Made by a program: the position numbers and the translations under genes. A stretch of 62,788 bases of DNA, the filler included, from Globobulimina sp. (taxonomy: Eukaryota): NCBI GenBank assembly GCA_003354225.1. It is 39 parts of 39 records of this genome, joined end to end, with 100 filler letters (N's around TTAATTAATTAA, not from the genome) between each part and the next. Parts side by side here need not be neighbours in the genome. Positions count along the whole stretch, not along the records: positions 46,773 to 48,284 come from PIVH01015511.1; positions 48,385 to 49,896 come from PIVH01015512.1; positions 49,997 to 51,508 come from PIVH01015513.1; positions 51,609 to 53,120 come from PIVH01015514.1; positions 53,221 to 54,732 come from PIVH01015515.1; positions 54,833 to 56,344 come from PIVH01015516.1; positions 56,445 to 57,955 come from PIVH01015517.1; positions 58,056 to 59,566 come from PIVH01015518.1; 31 more parts are not named here. One strand, 5' to 3'. Position 1 is the stretch's first letter. Each line of letters opens with the position of its first letter. Shown here piece by piece: positions 47,148 through 59,666 of the stretch. Under the pieces are notes generated by a model. That model was not told where the DNA came from. It ran no database searches and saw nothing but the letters and a program-made list of their open reading frames with translations.

Positions 47148-48284
47148 ATGGACACCAAAAAAACCATTGTCACTTATTCGCTGAAAGCATCAGAAACGCA
47201 AAGCGAACATGCTGACATTTATTCACGTCTTCGAATGGATTTTATGTCCAATACATCTCAAACAGATTATAACTTATCAAAATTCAACACACTAAGTCGG
47301 CAGAAATTCGCTCCAGAAGACTTTGAACAGGCGGTGGATTCCGGGAAATTAGAATATTTAAAAAAATGCGATGCAATGTATATCTGTCCATGTCAAAAAT
47401 TATTGGATATGTTGGATCGGAACCAATCAATGATCAAATTAAATAATTACGGATTGGGTGCAAAAGGCACATTGGCATTTTCAACCATCATCTCTGTAAA
47501 CAATAACTTAACCGAACTACAACTATGCAATAACTCTATTGACGCATTTGGAGCAAATGCATTATTCAAAGCATTAGGAAATAACGGCTCATCTGTTTCT
47601 GTCATCGATTTGAGCGGAAATAATATCGGTATCTCGCCAGACGTTGAATGTAGTTCTGAATTATGCAATGTCTTGAAAACAAACAATACCATTCATTACC
47701 TAGATATTTCCAAATGCAATTTAAAAAATATGGATATCCAAAATATTTGTGACGGATTATCCAACAATACAACGTTAAATAAATTGAATATTTCGAAAAA
47801 CAATTTTAATGACTCATCATGGCGATATATAGCAGAAGCATTGAAAGAAAATGTGACTCTCAGACAGTTAGATTTGTCATGGAATTCCATGTCTGATTCT
47901 GCTTTGCAACAAATTGTAGATGGATTGAAAGATAATACAGGTTTAAAAAAATTAAATTTATCTTGGTGTGCTATACACTGTTCGACGATAGCAACCATTC
48001 AAAAATTAAATAAATTTTTGGAGGAACATGAATACATCGAATCATTAGATTTAAGTCACAATAATATACACGACAACGCTGTCGGCATTTTAATCAAAGG
48101 AATCACGCAAAGTTTATTAAAAGAATTGAATATCGAATGCAACCCATTCAGTGGAAATGCTACGTTACAGTTAAAACAAGCATTAAGTGAATCGAGTATA
48201 AACACGCGGACATTTAAAGAAAGCGGTGTGGCTAAAAGAGATATACTTCTTTTTCAACAAATGAAGCAATATGACGACGAATAT
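47148..48284 (+). CDS. RNI-type leucine-rich repeat protein (LRRC74-like), 3'-truncated
   Basis: YLKKC..CP cap; NNYGLGAKG; about 28-aa repeats such as NTTLNKLNISKNNF and NVTLRQLDLSWNSM. Confidence 0.85.
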
Positions 48285-48386
48285 NNNNNNNNNNNNNNNN
48301 NNNNNNNNNNNNNNNNNNNNNNNNNNNNTTAATTAATTAANNNNNNNNNNNNNNNNNNNNNNNNNNNNNNNNNNNNNNNNNNNNTG

Positions 48387-49896
48387 AAAAAAGTGGGTGG
48401 CGCAGTGGGTGGCATGGCAGTCATCGCCGGCGGCAAATTAAAGAAAAAACTGCGCGACGAAGCCAAGCGGAGAGAAGTGACTAAGGATAAGAAAATGTAT
48501 TATAATGCAGAGGCGTTGGAATATATTGAGTTATTATGTCAGTCGCAGTTATTTCAAACATGGTTTGTGCGGCAACAGAAGGAAAGCGTCAATTCGGTGG
48601 ATAAATTGCGTGGCATTCAAGACCGTTATGATTACGTCATGGCGAACTTTAATCGGATTGGTGCGTCGTATACAGGCTGTTATAAGTATTTATGCCAAGA
48701 CAGTAAGTCCAGGAATGCTAATAATAATATCCATGGCAATTTGCGTCAGATCATAGAGTTAACGGCCTCGTTCACCAGGTGTGTGACCCTTATTTTATTA
48801 CATTTGTTGCAGAAACACTTATTTTATACATTTTTTGCAAAGCAATCGGGATTACACTGCCCTTATCCAACAGCAACAATCCATCCAATTGACCCTTGGC
48901 AAACTAGGCGAGGAAGCCAGTCGACCGATGGGCTTTGCCGCCATTATAAATATAATACTGTTTCGCTTAAACGACTGTTACGGTAAAAACAACCATCCGC
49001 ACGGCTTGATGGCCTTATATTTGCTGGCAAATCTCATCGAAAACTCGTCAGATCGCATTTTAATCCAAGCCATGAATAAATTCGTATTCTACGCCAACGT
49101 GTTAACCAAATACCAGCACGAAAAGATGCTGATCGCCAAGCAAATGAATAAAATCGCATTGGAAGTGGTGAAGATCTCCACTCGTTTGGAGGAGATAAAA
49201 AAATTAAAAATCGACAAATACGTCTCCTTTGGCGACGATTATGAATATAAATACGATGAAAACAAAAGCAAATCAGTCCGCAATGGCAGCGCTGACGGCG
49301 ATGGTGAGGGTGGTAAACATGCCGCATTTATAGATGATAAAATCGCAGCCATTGATTTTGCAAATATAGCACATAATAAATCGGATCAGAGTTTGTTAGG
49401 CAATTTTTTGCATTCAAACACCAACAATGCGAGTAAAATATTCACAGAGATCTCGCAGTTTCGCGTGGATAATGTGCGGGAATATAGGGAGAGATGTTTG
49501 CGCGGCGAGGTGCGGATGATACCGCCTTTCGAGCATTTACGCAATGAGTTTGGTGAGAGAATGCCGTGCGAGATATTTAATGATGGCGTGGATGACATAT
49601 TAGCATTGTTCAGCGATGATGAGTTGAATGATAAAATTAATGCGCATGCTGCGAGTGATGGAGGTGGTGGCAGTAAGAGAGAGAGTGAGAAAGCATCTGA
49701 GTTTGCGATGAATATTTTGAATTCGTGTGCTGCGGTGTCGCCAGTGGCAAAAACAGGTATTGATGACATATAATTTGAGTTAATTAATTTAAATGTGTTG
49801 AATATCATAGGTGTGCCTGATGTGCCTGCATTGGAACGTGAACAGTTATCAATATTTGATCTTGGCAGTAATCATATTGATACACATATGGCCTCC
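48387..49896 (+). CDS. Helical protein fragment with ENTH/VHS-like segment; introns 48779-48842 and about 49757-49810
   Basis: Frame-preserving GT-AG introns; IINIILFRLND..LMALYLLANLIENSS resembles ENTH/VHS helices. Confidence 0.5.
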
Positions 49897-50059
49897 NNNN
49901 NNNNNNNNNNNNNNNNNNNNNNNNNNNNNNNNNNNNNNNNTTAATTAATTAANNNNNNNNNNNNNNNNNNNNNNNNNNNNNNNNNNNNNNNNNNNNCTTT
50001 TTAGCACGATCACTTAAATCAACTTTAAATTAATGTTTGCAAGACAAAGTTTGTTTCAT

Positions 50060-51382
50060 TTATAGTTTTTTAGATAATTCTAGTTTGGCAGCCAATGTTT
50101 TGAATTTATTGATGAGTATTTTTCCGATGCAATCAATGCAAAACTTTTTCCGCATATCAATTTGTCCATTTTTTCCGATAACATTTTTAATATAACCACG
50201 TGCGCGCGCATCAAATACATCACGCATTAACTTTTTTAAATGATGAATATTTGGTTTTGCCCATTTATGTCCTTTAAATGGACCGTGTTCAATTTCTTGT
50301 AATTGATCTATTTCAATCAGATACCCATTATATCCATGTTTAATGTATTCAGTCGGCCCAGACCAATTTGTAGTAATTATAGGCAATCCCATCGACATTG
50401 CTTCGACGTGCGGCCGACCCCATCCTTCTCCAAGTGATGGTAACACAAAACAATCGCCCAATTGATACAACTGAGGCATCAAACTATTTGGCAATGGATG
50501 GGGCACCACATGCAATGATGGCAATGAGGCATTATTTGCAATATGTTTTGATAAATATGCATCACTAGCAATAAATTCTTGTATTTTGAGCTGGAAATCA
50601 TCAGTGGTATGATACGCATTGGTTAAGATTAATAATTCAACATTTTCATCTCTACTGAATTCACTTAAGTAAGCTTGTAATAAGTACTTCCATCCCTTCC
50701 TCTCTTCCCATTTAAACACTGATAAAAATACAAATGGATCCGATTTAAATATATCCAAATCATTTAGTCGTAAATTGTTTAAAATAGCATCTGTTGTCAA
50801 TGTATAATTGGGTGAGTAAAATGTAGTATTTACGCTCTGTGGCAATATCCATAAATTGGTATCAGTCAAATTACCATGTGTTTCGAAAATATTTTGATGG
50901 AATTTTGTTGGAACCCATATCTCGTTCATTATATTTAGTTTATAGTCCCAATTTGCGGGCAAACGGTCTGTCTCAAACATAGTCCTTCCAATATAATACA
51001 CATTGTCAAAGCGCATAATTTGTGATATATTATATTGAGGTTCATCTCCATTATCATATGCATCATGTGATATATTTATAAATGGCGGACATGCGGATGT
51101 TTGATAATTTGGAGGAAACCATGCTCCGGGCTCACTATGGCAAATGACAATAATCATTTTATCTTTGTAACCGTCAATGTATGGAATAGGAATCTGTGAT
51201 GATGATAATTCCATCAATAATGATTGATAGTGACCACTTAATCCGGATAAATAGTCATAATCAACTGAGTCACCGTGCTGTCCGATGTGTATTTTCATAT
51301 TTGTGTCATCCGCATGTGATAAATATTCAATATACGATAAAGCTTCGGAACAGTAACCACCGCCGCTGAAAAATGGAGCCAT
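50060..51382 (-). CDS. GT4-family glycosyltransferase
   Basis: GRTMFETDRLP, FLSVFKWEERKGW, DCFVLPSLGEGWGRPHVEAMSMGLPIITTNWSG (EX7E motif). Confidence 0.93.
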   Translation of the reverse strand: MAPFFSGGGYCSEALSYIEYLSHADDTNMKIHIGQHGDSVDYDYLSGLSGHYQSLLMELSSSQIPIPYIDGYKDKMIIVICHSEPGAWFPPNYQTSACPPFINISHDAYDNGDEPQYNISQIMRFDNVYYIGRTMFETDRLPANWDYKLNIMNEIWVPTKFHQNIFETHGNLTDTNLWILPQSVNTTFYSPNYTLTTDAILNNLRLNDLDIFKSDPFVFLSVFKWEERKGWKYLLQAYLSEFSRDENVELLILTNAYHTTDDFQLKIQEFIASDAYLSKHIANNASLPSLHVVPHPLPNSLMPQLYQLGDCFVLPSLGEGWGRPHVEAMSMGLPIITTNWSGPTEYIKHGYNGYLIEIDQLQEIEHGPFKGHKWAKPNIHHLKKLMRDVFDARARGYIKNVIGKNGQIDMRKKFCIDCIGKILINKFKTLAAKLELSKKL

Positions 51383-51608
51383 CCATATGATCTCAAGATT
51401 GTTTATATTTGTAATTTTAATTAAATTTAAAAGGAAATTGTTTTATATGTCAGTCAAAATAAAATATTTGTGTTGAGATTAAATCAATTTCATTTTAAAC
51501 TTACAAATNNNNNNNNNNNNNNNNNNNNNNNNNNNNNNNNNNNNNNNNNNNNTTAATTAATTAANNNNNNNNNNNNNNNNNNNNNNNNNNNNNNNNNNNN
51601 NNNNNNNN

Positions 51609-52268
51609 AATGAAAACAGTGCCATACGGCTCAACTATTTCGTAATCAATGGCTGGGAATGTACCGCTTGACACTGGTGCGCGTTTAGGTGCATTGTATT
51701 TTTCTAAATTCTTTAATAAATGTTTAATTTCGCCTTTTGATGCAGCCACATCACTGACCACTGCAAAAAATTTATCACGACCAAGATCTTTTTGTAGAGC
51801 CTGTACGATGGCATCTGAGTTTTCATCGAATAATTTGTCCAAATCTTCTAACACTTTGCGTCTGTTTGATAGTTTTCTGGTAATGTTGGATTTATAAATT
51901 TGTTTCATTTCAGCAACGCATGAGGCGATATCATCCATTTTAATTTCTGATGCATGCTTACCGACATAGTCTAAATTATCAATCATGTTTTCATTAATCA
52001 TAAAATTATCATCGTCGAATTTTGGTGTGGTGCCATATAGCATAGCTTTAAAACAGCCATATCCTAAAACAGATAATCCGATGAGAAATTTGCTACGGCG
52101 TTTCCATTTCGAAGGTTTGATAGGTTTCAAAGTTGTCGCCTCGATTGGTGCAGGGTCCTGGATTGATTGCACCATTTTTGCCTGCACACCAAAAGTACGG
52201 TTCTTATAAAACGATTTGCAACCATAGCTTCCTCTTGCTGCCAACGTTAGATTCAAGAACCGATTCAT
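51609..52268 (-). CDS. Class-3/fatty aldehyde dehydrogenase, N-terminal part, with mitochondrial-type leader and TM
   Basis: TRKLSNRRKVL..AIVQALQKDLGR..EIKHLLKNL..IVEPYGTVFI; Arg/Ser-rich leader. Confidence 0.85.
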
Positions 52269-52593
52269 TTGAATTTTGAAACTTCAAGTTAGTCACCAAA
52301 AGCACTATAAAAAATACGTTTTCCATCTGTCAGCCACAAAATCCGAACGTATTACGGTAACGTATAAATGCAAGTAATCTATAATACGATTGCTTGTTTT
52401 AATTATAAAATACAAGTATTAAAAGCGAGAAAAAAATACAACCAAAATAAAAATTGTTTGAATATGTCCTCAAATATGGGTTGCAGTAATGGATGAAGGA
52501 AAAAAAAGACCTGAGAGAATGGATGAAATCAAACGAAAAAAAATTAAAAAAAGAGAATGAAAAGGATAGTTTATTATTTCTTCTCTTCCTTTT

Positions 52594-53120
52594 TTATTTA
52601 TAAAAGGATAGTTTATTATTTCTTGATTTAACATTCGCAGCTGGTCTTCTTTGTTTTTGTTGCTTTTTGTTTCTATTTCTTAAATTATTCTGATTTGGTG
52701 AGAAATTATTCTGATTTGGTGAGAAATTATTTTGTACATAATAAAATTGTTTGGTATTAACATAATGACAGTATACATATGGTTTAATATCAAACACCAA
52801 ATCCGATTGATCATAGTCATACCAAGGAAATGAACACGTAACAGTACCATATTCATTCATCTTCCAATTTGATCGAATACAATACGCATTTAATAATGCA
52901 TCAAAAACAGCAGATGGCTGCACAAATGTTAAACGGCAATCTGTCCAAATATCACATGCTTCACATAAATCTTTTCTATGCTGAGCATTTGGATCAGTTT
53001 GCTCATTTTCTTTTTCTTTTTCTTTTTTTTTTTGTTTCAGATCATATCTGATAAATCTTGCAGGATTACCACAATTTGCACATTTGTATCTTGTTGGCGG
53101 TATAATAAACCTATTTGCAC
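52594..53120 (-). CDS. Hypothetical protein C-terminus with NNFSPNQ duplication
   Basis: Coding-like ORF; tandem 21-bp repeat near 52683-52730. Confidence 0.35.
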
Positions 53121-53257
53121 NNNNNNNNNNNNNNNNNNNNNNNNNNNNNNNNNNNNNNNNNNNNTTAATTAATTAANNNNNNNNNNNNNNNNNNNNNNNN
53201 NNNNNNNNNNNNNNNNNNNNAATTCCGTTGCCATGGTAACCAAGGCCCCATAATTAT

Positions 53258-53530
53258 GACATTTGTGTTGCCATCAAGGCGTCCAAATTTATATCCGTGA
53301 ATGTTCATGAAATGCTGTATGATATCCAACATCTTTTTCCATTGACTAAAGATCAAGACTCTGTGGCCTTGCTTTTTCCAGAGCGGTAAAATCTTCGCAA
53401 GAACCTCCAGCTTTCCAGATCGATCAACAAGTGTACTTTTGTCTGAATTTTCAATGTCAAATGAATCCCCACGACAACATGATTTATTCAACATCGTTGC
53501 TGAGTCTTTTATATCAACGAATGAATCCGT
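53258..53530 (-). pseudogene. Isolated SNF2 helicase C-terminal fragment (ERCC6/RAD26-like)
   Basis: SGKLEVLAKILPLWKKQGHRVLIFSQWKKMLDII..RLDG; no upstream ATPase lobe; similarity ends before the contig edge. Confidence 0.75.
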
Positions 53531-53599
53531 ATTTAAAACAATTTTTTTGGCGGTCTTCAAAAGAAAAACTTCAAGAAATCAATAATTTTGTTTGCATAG

Positions 53600-54458
53600 T
53601 CACAACTTTGATTTTCTCTTTTTTTTATTGAAACCATTATCATTGATCCATTTTTGTACTTTATCACTATGAAATGAATTGACTTCAAATTCAATATCTT
53701 TGGTGATTTCATTTTTATTCTCAAGAAATTGAATATATTGTTTCCGACCAAGATATCTCGCATTTGCAGCTGCTTCAATATCCCCATTAAAATATTCCTT
53801 TTCCAAGATATATATTGCTCTTTCAACCAATGGCTTGTCAGTATTTGCATCAATAACTTCATTCACTAAGTTATACTGTTTACATCTTTTTGCATTTATT
53901 GGTATTGCTGTTTGAAATACAAACGAAGCCATCGCGTTTCCAGCCACTCTCTCTATTGAATCAAATATAAACTGAGCTATTGATAAACCAAATTGTGCGC
54001 AAGTATATGCTGCAAACCCCGAGCCTTTCAATATTCTGTAATCGCATAAACAGGCTAACACTGCACCGCCTGCATAAGCCTTACCATTCAATACACAAAC
54101 AATTGGTTTTCCAAATCTATGAATGCATAATGAAAGTTCAACAAATTTTGATAAATATCTTCGTGATAAGTCTCTGTCATTCTTTTTGGGATTTAATTGT
54201 GTTGTCATTATATATATGTAATTATTAATTGAACTAAACTTGACCGAAAAGTGCGAGATCGAAACCTGCAGCAAACATATTTTTTGTTTCACCAAATTTG
54301 GATAACATTATACAACCTTTGCAGTGTTTATTTGATTTCAATTCACGAAATGTTGATAAAAGTGATTCAAACAAAGGCAATGATAATACATTTACAGGTC
54401 TATTGTTTAAATAAATTTTTGCAATGTTGCCAGTCCATTCAACTTCAACAAGTGACAT
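53600..54458 (-). CDS. Crotonase-family enoyl-CoA delta-isomerase-like protein with PTS1 (SKL); intron 54182-54239
   Basis: NNRPVNVLS, FAAGFDL, KPIVCVLNGKAYAGGAVLACLCDYRI; ends KRKSKL-stop. Confidence 0.88.
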
Positions 54459-54876
54459 TATTCAAGAAACGATTTTTACTTAAATTGAACTGAGGTTTTT
54501 ATTAGTAGATGTAGAACGGAACAAGAAGGCATCACAAATGTTATAAAAACATGTTTTTGGAAGGCGTATGGCTGCCAAATTCATAAATAAAACAGAAACT
54601 ACAAAATAATTAAATAAAACATAAAGCACGAAATATCACTTTCATCATTTATTGCTGTACGTTGGAAATAATAATATTGAGCGTAGAGTGATTAATTCGA
54701 TACTTAAAGAAATAAGTACTTTTCAATTAATTNNNNNNNNNNNNNNNNNNNNNNNNNNNNNNNNNNNNNNNNNNNNTTAATTAATTAANNNNNNNNNNNN
54801 NNNNNNNNNNNNNNNNNNNNNNNNNNNNNNNNATGTACAGTATACTATTTTGTAATAATTTTTATTTATTTTTCAG

Positions 54877-55274
54877 CTTTTACAGTACTGGCTGTTTCTG
54901 CCTCAGTGGGTGTTGCTTCATATGGAGTACAAAAATTAGCTGCGTCGAGACGGACAGCATTGGAAATAGAAACAAGGCACACATGCAATGTGGAAAAGGG
55001 TGTGAAGCAAGTAATGGAGGCATTTGATAGTATGAGACAGGACGGGTCTGCGATGGATCGGTTATTCACAGATTTTGGGAGATTGTTATGCGAACCAAAA
55101 GAACGCTCAGAAGAAATCGAAGACGAAGCTAAAAATGAAGGAGACGATTTAAACTGGATGATGATGAGTGATAATGTCGGTGATATAATTAATTCATTGG
55201 CTGACTTAAAAGGAGTTTGTGTAGAGTTGATACAACAGGTTGACCAATCACAGAGAAATTTCTATTCAGAATAA
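54877..55274 (+). CDS. Helical protein with hydrophobic hairpin (ClyA/Hbl-like), last exon, paralog A
   Basis: Acceptor TTTCAG at 54876; aligns by eye with the convergent gene at 55518-56344. Confidence 0.55.
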
Positions 55275-55517
55275 ATCTATATTTATAATTTTTGTTTTAA
55301 TTTGTACATCTGATGTGCATGTCAAATTGTTCAATATAATATACGGATCAATATTGCCACTGCACACATTTTAATTTTATTTTATTTTCAATTTTAAGTA
55401 ATAACAAGCCTTGCCTGAAAGTCACTTCTTTTGTCACCACATGAAAACACAGTGAATGGAATTAAACTTACTTTAAATGGAATTTATAATTAACACAATC
55501 TAACAATGAAAAATCAT

Positions 55518-56344
55518 TCAATTCAGTGTCACATATCCATATTGTTCCTGTTTCACAATCAAATCCATATCGTTCATTGCAGCCAGAAATGTTTCTCTTA
55601 ACTTCTGAAATGATTCAACCATACTTTCAACATTGTCTTCAATAACCTCAAACATACAATCTTCCTCTTGTTGCATCTCAATGATTTCATTGAGTTCTTC
55701 TTTTGGGGATTTTAGCAGAATCGTAAAATCATCAAAAAATGTCTCCATCATCGAAGAATCTTTCTTCATCGCAGCAAATGTACTACAAATAAACTGTACA
55801 TTCGTTATACTTCCATCCAGACTCAGCATCTGTTCTTGATACTTTTTTCTTTTTCTTTGCACAAATTGTTCTGTTTTATAACCAATACAAGAAATGCCGG
55901 CACCAACAGCCATCACACCGAGTCCAATCGGTCCGCAAAATGCAATTCCGACAATGGCACCCACCGCAACTACAGCAACACCAATCCATTTTGCAAGCGA
56001 TCCAAATATTTTTAACTAGCCCCAATTTGAATTTGCTACTAGGACTTTGCGCATTTTACGTCTAATTTCCTCTTCAATCTCTGCAGTTTTCCTTTGCCAA
56101 AATATATGTTGTTTCTTCAACATTTTATGCAAAGAAACCCATTTTTCAGCAATTCCGTCAATGTCATTTTCTCCTTGAAACCAGAAACTAAACGTTTTTG
56201 AAACATTACGCATAAAAAATACATCATTATCACTTAATTTTTCTCCATGTTTCAGACTTTGTCTTTTTTGTAATATCATCGTCCATTTTTTACTGAAATC
56301 AATCAAAACATCAATTTGTCTCTGTTTAGATTTAATAATTTTCA
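55518..56344 (-). CDS. Helical protein with Gly/Ala/Val hydrophobic hairpin (ClyA/Hbl-like), paralog B; in-frame TAG at 56016-56018
   Basis: WIGVAVVAVGAIVGIAFCGPIGLGVMAVGAGISCIG flanked by long amphipathic helices; the two ORFs are in the same frame. Confidence 0.55.
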
Positions 56345-56444
56345 NNNNNNNNNNNNNNNNNNNNNNNNNNNNNNNNNNNNNNNNNNNNTTAATTAATTAA
56401 NNNNNNNNNNNNNNNNNNNNNNNNNNNNNNNNNNNNNNNNNNNN

Positions 56445-56852
56445 TTTTGTTTTTGTGGCTTTAATTTTTGCTAATTTTTGTTCATTTATATTTTCAATGC
56501 TTTTGGGATATTCTTGCTTTAATTTTACAATATGATTTTTTATCTGATTCAATGATTTTATATGTTGGTGTATTGAATCAATTACTTGTTGTTCTTCCTC
56601 AGCAACGATAATTTTAAACACTGTGATATTATGAACAGCGCCGAGTATTGTTGGTATCATATGTGGTTTGCTGAATAATTGTGGGTCAGACATAACGCTT
56701 TGAAATTCTTTGGTATTCATACTCAATGTGCTTGGTGTTGTTGCGCTGTGTTTAATTAATAAATCTTTGACAGACTCTAATCCATTTTGTGTTATCCAGG
56801 AATTAAAATTAAATGTTCCTTCTCCTTCAACACTAGTGACTACTTGTGACAT
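56445..56852 (-). CDS. SAM-like N-terminal domain + coiled coil, 3'-truncated
   Basis: FNSWITQNGLESVKDLLIKH followed by heptad repeats. Confidence 0.55.
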
Positions 56853-58211
56853 TGTGAGAAACTGACTACTTCGATCAAAGAGGATTTTTCTGCTAGAGTT
56901 TCTTCAAAACTTTAAGAAATCAATTTCCATGCCCCCACCTAACACCATCCATCCCTCGTCTCTACCGAGTCTGAAAGATATCTGCCGACCGATGATTGTG
57001 GTAATTCAATGAAATCATTTAACCACGTAGCAGATGCAGCTTCTCAATTTAATTGTTTAGGCAGTACAAAAAGCATATCGTAGGCCTTGCGATGATGAAT
57101 TAGTGCTACCGCATGAGGAAGAGAATGGCGATATGAATACAATTGCTCGTATTAAAGTGATATTAATGAATGATGATTTATGGACTTGGTGTTAGTGTGA
57201 TGTGGCGCAGCTGGATTTACTTCAACCATTATAAATAAAGTTAATAATTGATTAATAATTGAATAACGCATATTGCGCATATCCGCAATAATAAATTTTT
57301 ATAATAAGTGCCAAAATGATAAAAATTGTATATATTGCAACAAGAATTATATTGTAAATCAAACATTTGAAACAGCTCAATGTAAAAAAGCAGCTCAATG
57401 TAAAAATGTGTTCGAAGCAGATCAATGTAAAAAATTATGCACGCAAATACGCACACTGAAATTATTTTAGATTGGCAATCAAAATTTAGTGTGCTTCAGC
57501 GAATATTCTCTATATTAAATTTTTTAATTAATGTCCATTTAATTAATATAATTAATGTTATTAAGTTTTTGTATATTCACAGGACATGCACCAACAGAGA
57601 AAAATCCGAAACAATAAAAGGAGTTTTCAATCAAAGTGCCGTATTTTAAACTTGCTAACTTTTATTTCTTTTTGGATCCTCTTCTCTGTTTTTTGTCCTT
57701 ATTATTATTTTTATTTGTTTGAAAATTCTGTCAATTGGTGTAATTTTTTCTATCTGCGTCAGCAATGGTTTTGTAAACGATTGCTAATGTACTTTTAAAT
57801 CTTTTTTGTACATTTATGTACATGTTTTGTTCATGGGATTCAACCCCCAATAAAGGCCCTCATTTTTTGTTAGTAAAAAATGGGAGAAATCTTTAATTGA
57901 TTTCTTAAAGTTTTAAAGAAAAAAAAAGAAATTCTTGTACACGTAGCTTAGAATCNNNNNNNNNNNNNNNNNNNNNNNNNNNNNNNNNNNNNNNNNNNNT
58001 TAATTAATTAANNNNNNNNNNNNNNNNNNNNNNNNNNNNNNNNNNNNNNNNNNNNTGACGATATTTTTGACAGGTTTTTACAATTTTAGCTGATTCTGTA
58101 TTTTTTGCTATCATCGATGTATGATTTTTGCCGTATCCTTGCACCTGACAAATAACTATTTTTTTGAATGCAATTAAAATGACAAAGAAAAATATTATAC
58201 TAACATTAAAA

Positions 58212-58806
58212 TTAATAACCATCCGAACCACTCATATCATTGAGTTGCGCTGAAATATATTCCGTTGATATCCCTCCAGCTGCAAAAAAAATAACTAATA
58301 TAATCCACGGTATTGTTGTACAAACACATGCTGTAATCTAAAAACCAATTACTGTATCAATACAATGTAACAAAATGGATGTATGCGTACATACCATCCA
58401 ACATTTTGCTTTTTCTGCAATGAAAAATGCTAATTTCTGTATACAATATGTAGTATATAATGATTTGTACGAAAGACAATATCTTAACATTATAGCCAGC
58501 ACTTTTTGCAGCAACGACAAGCTGATTTAAAATAAATCCTATTAATGCACAACCACAACAATTACAAAAAAGACAGGCCAACCAATGACAAATGGTCAAA
58601 TCGCCGACCTTATTTGAATATAAATAATTTTGTGTATCTTCATTTGAACTGGAAACTACTGCATAAGGCACCGGTTGCATTGCTTGTGGCTGAGTTACAA
58701 CAACTTGCTGTGGTGTTGTTTGCGGCATTGCTGCTGTCTCCATTTGTAAATATGCTGTATTCTCTTCCATTAATGGCACTGAACCATCTCCGGGCACATC
58801 TTGCAT
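58212..58806 (-). CDS. CD225/dispanin-like membrane protein; introns 58437-58488 and 58338-58394
   Basis: Pro/Gln N-terminus; HWLACLFCNCCGCALIGFIL..AKSAGYN|KLAFFIAEKAKCWM|ITAC.. followed by a TM; both introns are phase 0. Confidence 0.7.
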
Positions 58807-58929
58807 TATGATGAAAGGCTTTGTGCAGTATTTGAAAGGTCGATCTATGTGTGTTCCGGTTCAGTGTTCGATCTATTTCAAACTAAGATTTTCTCACTTA
58901 AGTTAAGATGAAAAATTTAAAATTGTAAG

Positions 58930-59424
58930 ATGCAAACATCACTTCCTCGAGAACGAATAATTACTATTTTTAATGTACCAACCATTTCAGCAGATATTGA
59001 GAGCTGGAAACACAATCTATTTTTTCGAAGACTAGTTATTTGTTTCATATCAGCGGTGTCATTGATTTTAATCGGAATATTAGCGGCTTTGTATTCCAAC
59101 ATCTCCAAAAATACAAATGCTACAAATTCAGCATTATCAGCTACGGCAAGTCGAAAATTATTGACTGACATTACAATAAATACAATAAATGTACGTACGA
59201 TTACAACGGATACAGTGAATGCTAAATATGAGACATGTGTCGAATGCGTACTTGCTGTGCAAGAATGTGTGGTTTGTATGGATGCAAAACGTGATCATAT
59301 AATAATTCCATGCGGACATGTGTGTATTTGCGGTGTCTGTAAAAAAGTGTATGACGAATTGGAGGATCCGAAATGTCCAATGTGTCGGGGTGAAATTGAA
59401 CAGATTTTTAAAGCATTTTTTTGA
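58930..59424 (+). CDS. Membrane-anchored C3HC4 RING E3 ligase (IAP/MUL1-type C-terminal RING)
   Basis: TM helix, then ECVVCMDAKRDHIIIPCGHVCICGVC..KCPMCRGEIEQIFKAFF-stop. Confidence 0.9.
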   Translation: MQTSLPRERIITIFNVPTISADIESWKHNLFFRRLVICFISAVSLILIGILAALYSNISKNTNATNSALSATASRKLLTDITINTINVRTITTDTVNAKYETCVECVLAVQECVVCMDAKRDHIIIPCGHVCICGVCKKVYDELEDPKCPMCRGEIEQIFKAFF

Positions 59425-59666
59425 TGATAATATTATGATCATCAAGTAGTGTTAAGTTTGAGGTGTCGTTGCTATGGAATTTTAAATTTATTTTTGTGTC
59501 TTTCAAAGTACGTTTCAAAGAACTTGATGCCATTCAACATTAATTTACTCCACTTTAATTAGCCACNNNNNNNNNNNNNNNNNNNNNNNNNNNNNNNNNN
59601 NNNNNNNNNNTTAATTAATTAANNNNNNNNNNNNNNNNNNNNNNNNNNNNNNNNNNNNNNNNNNNN

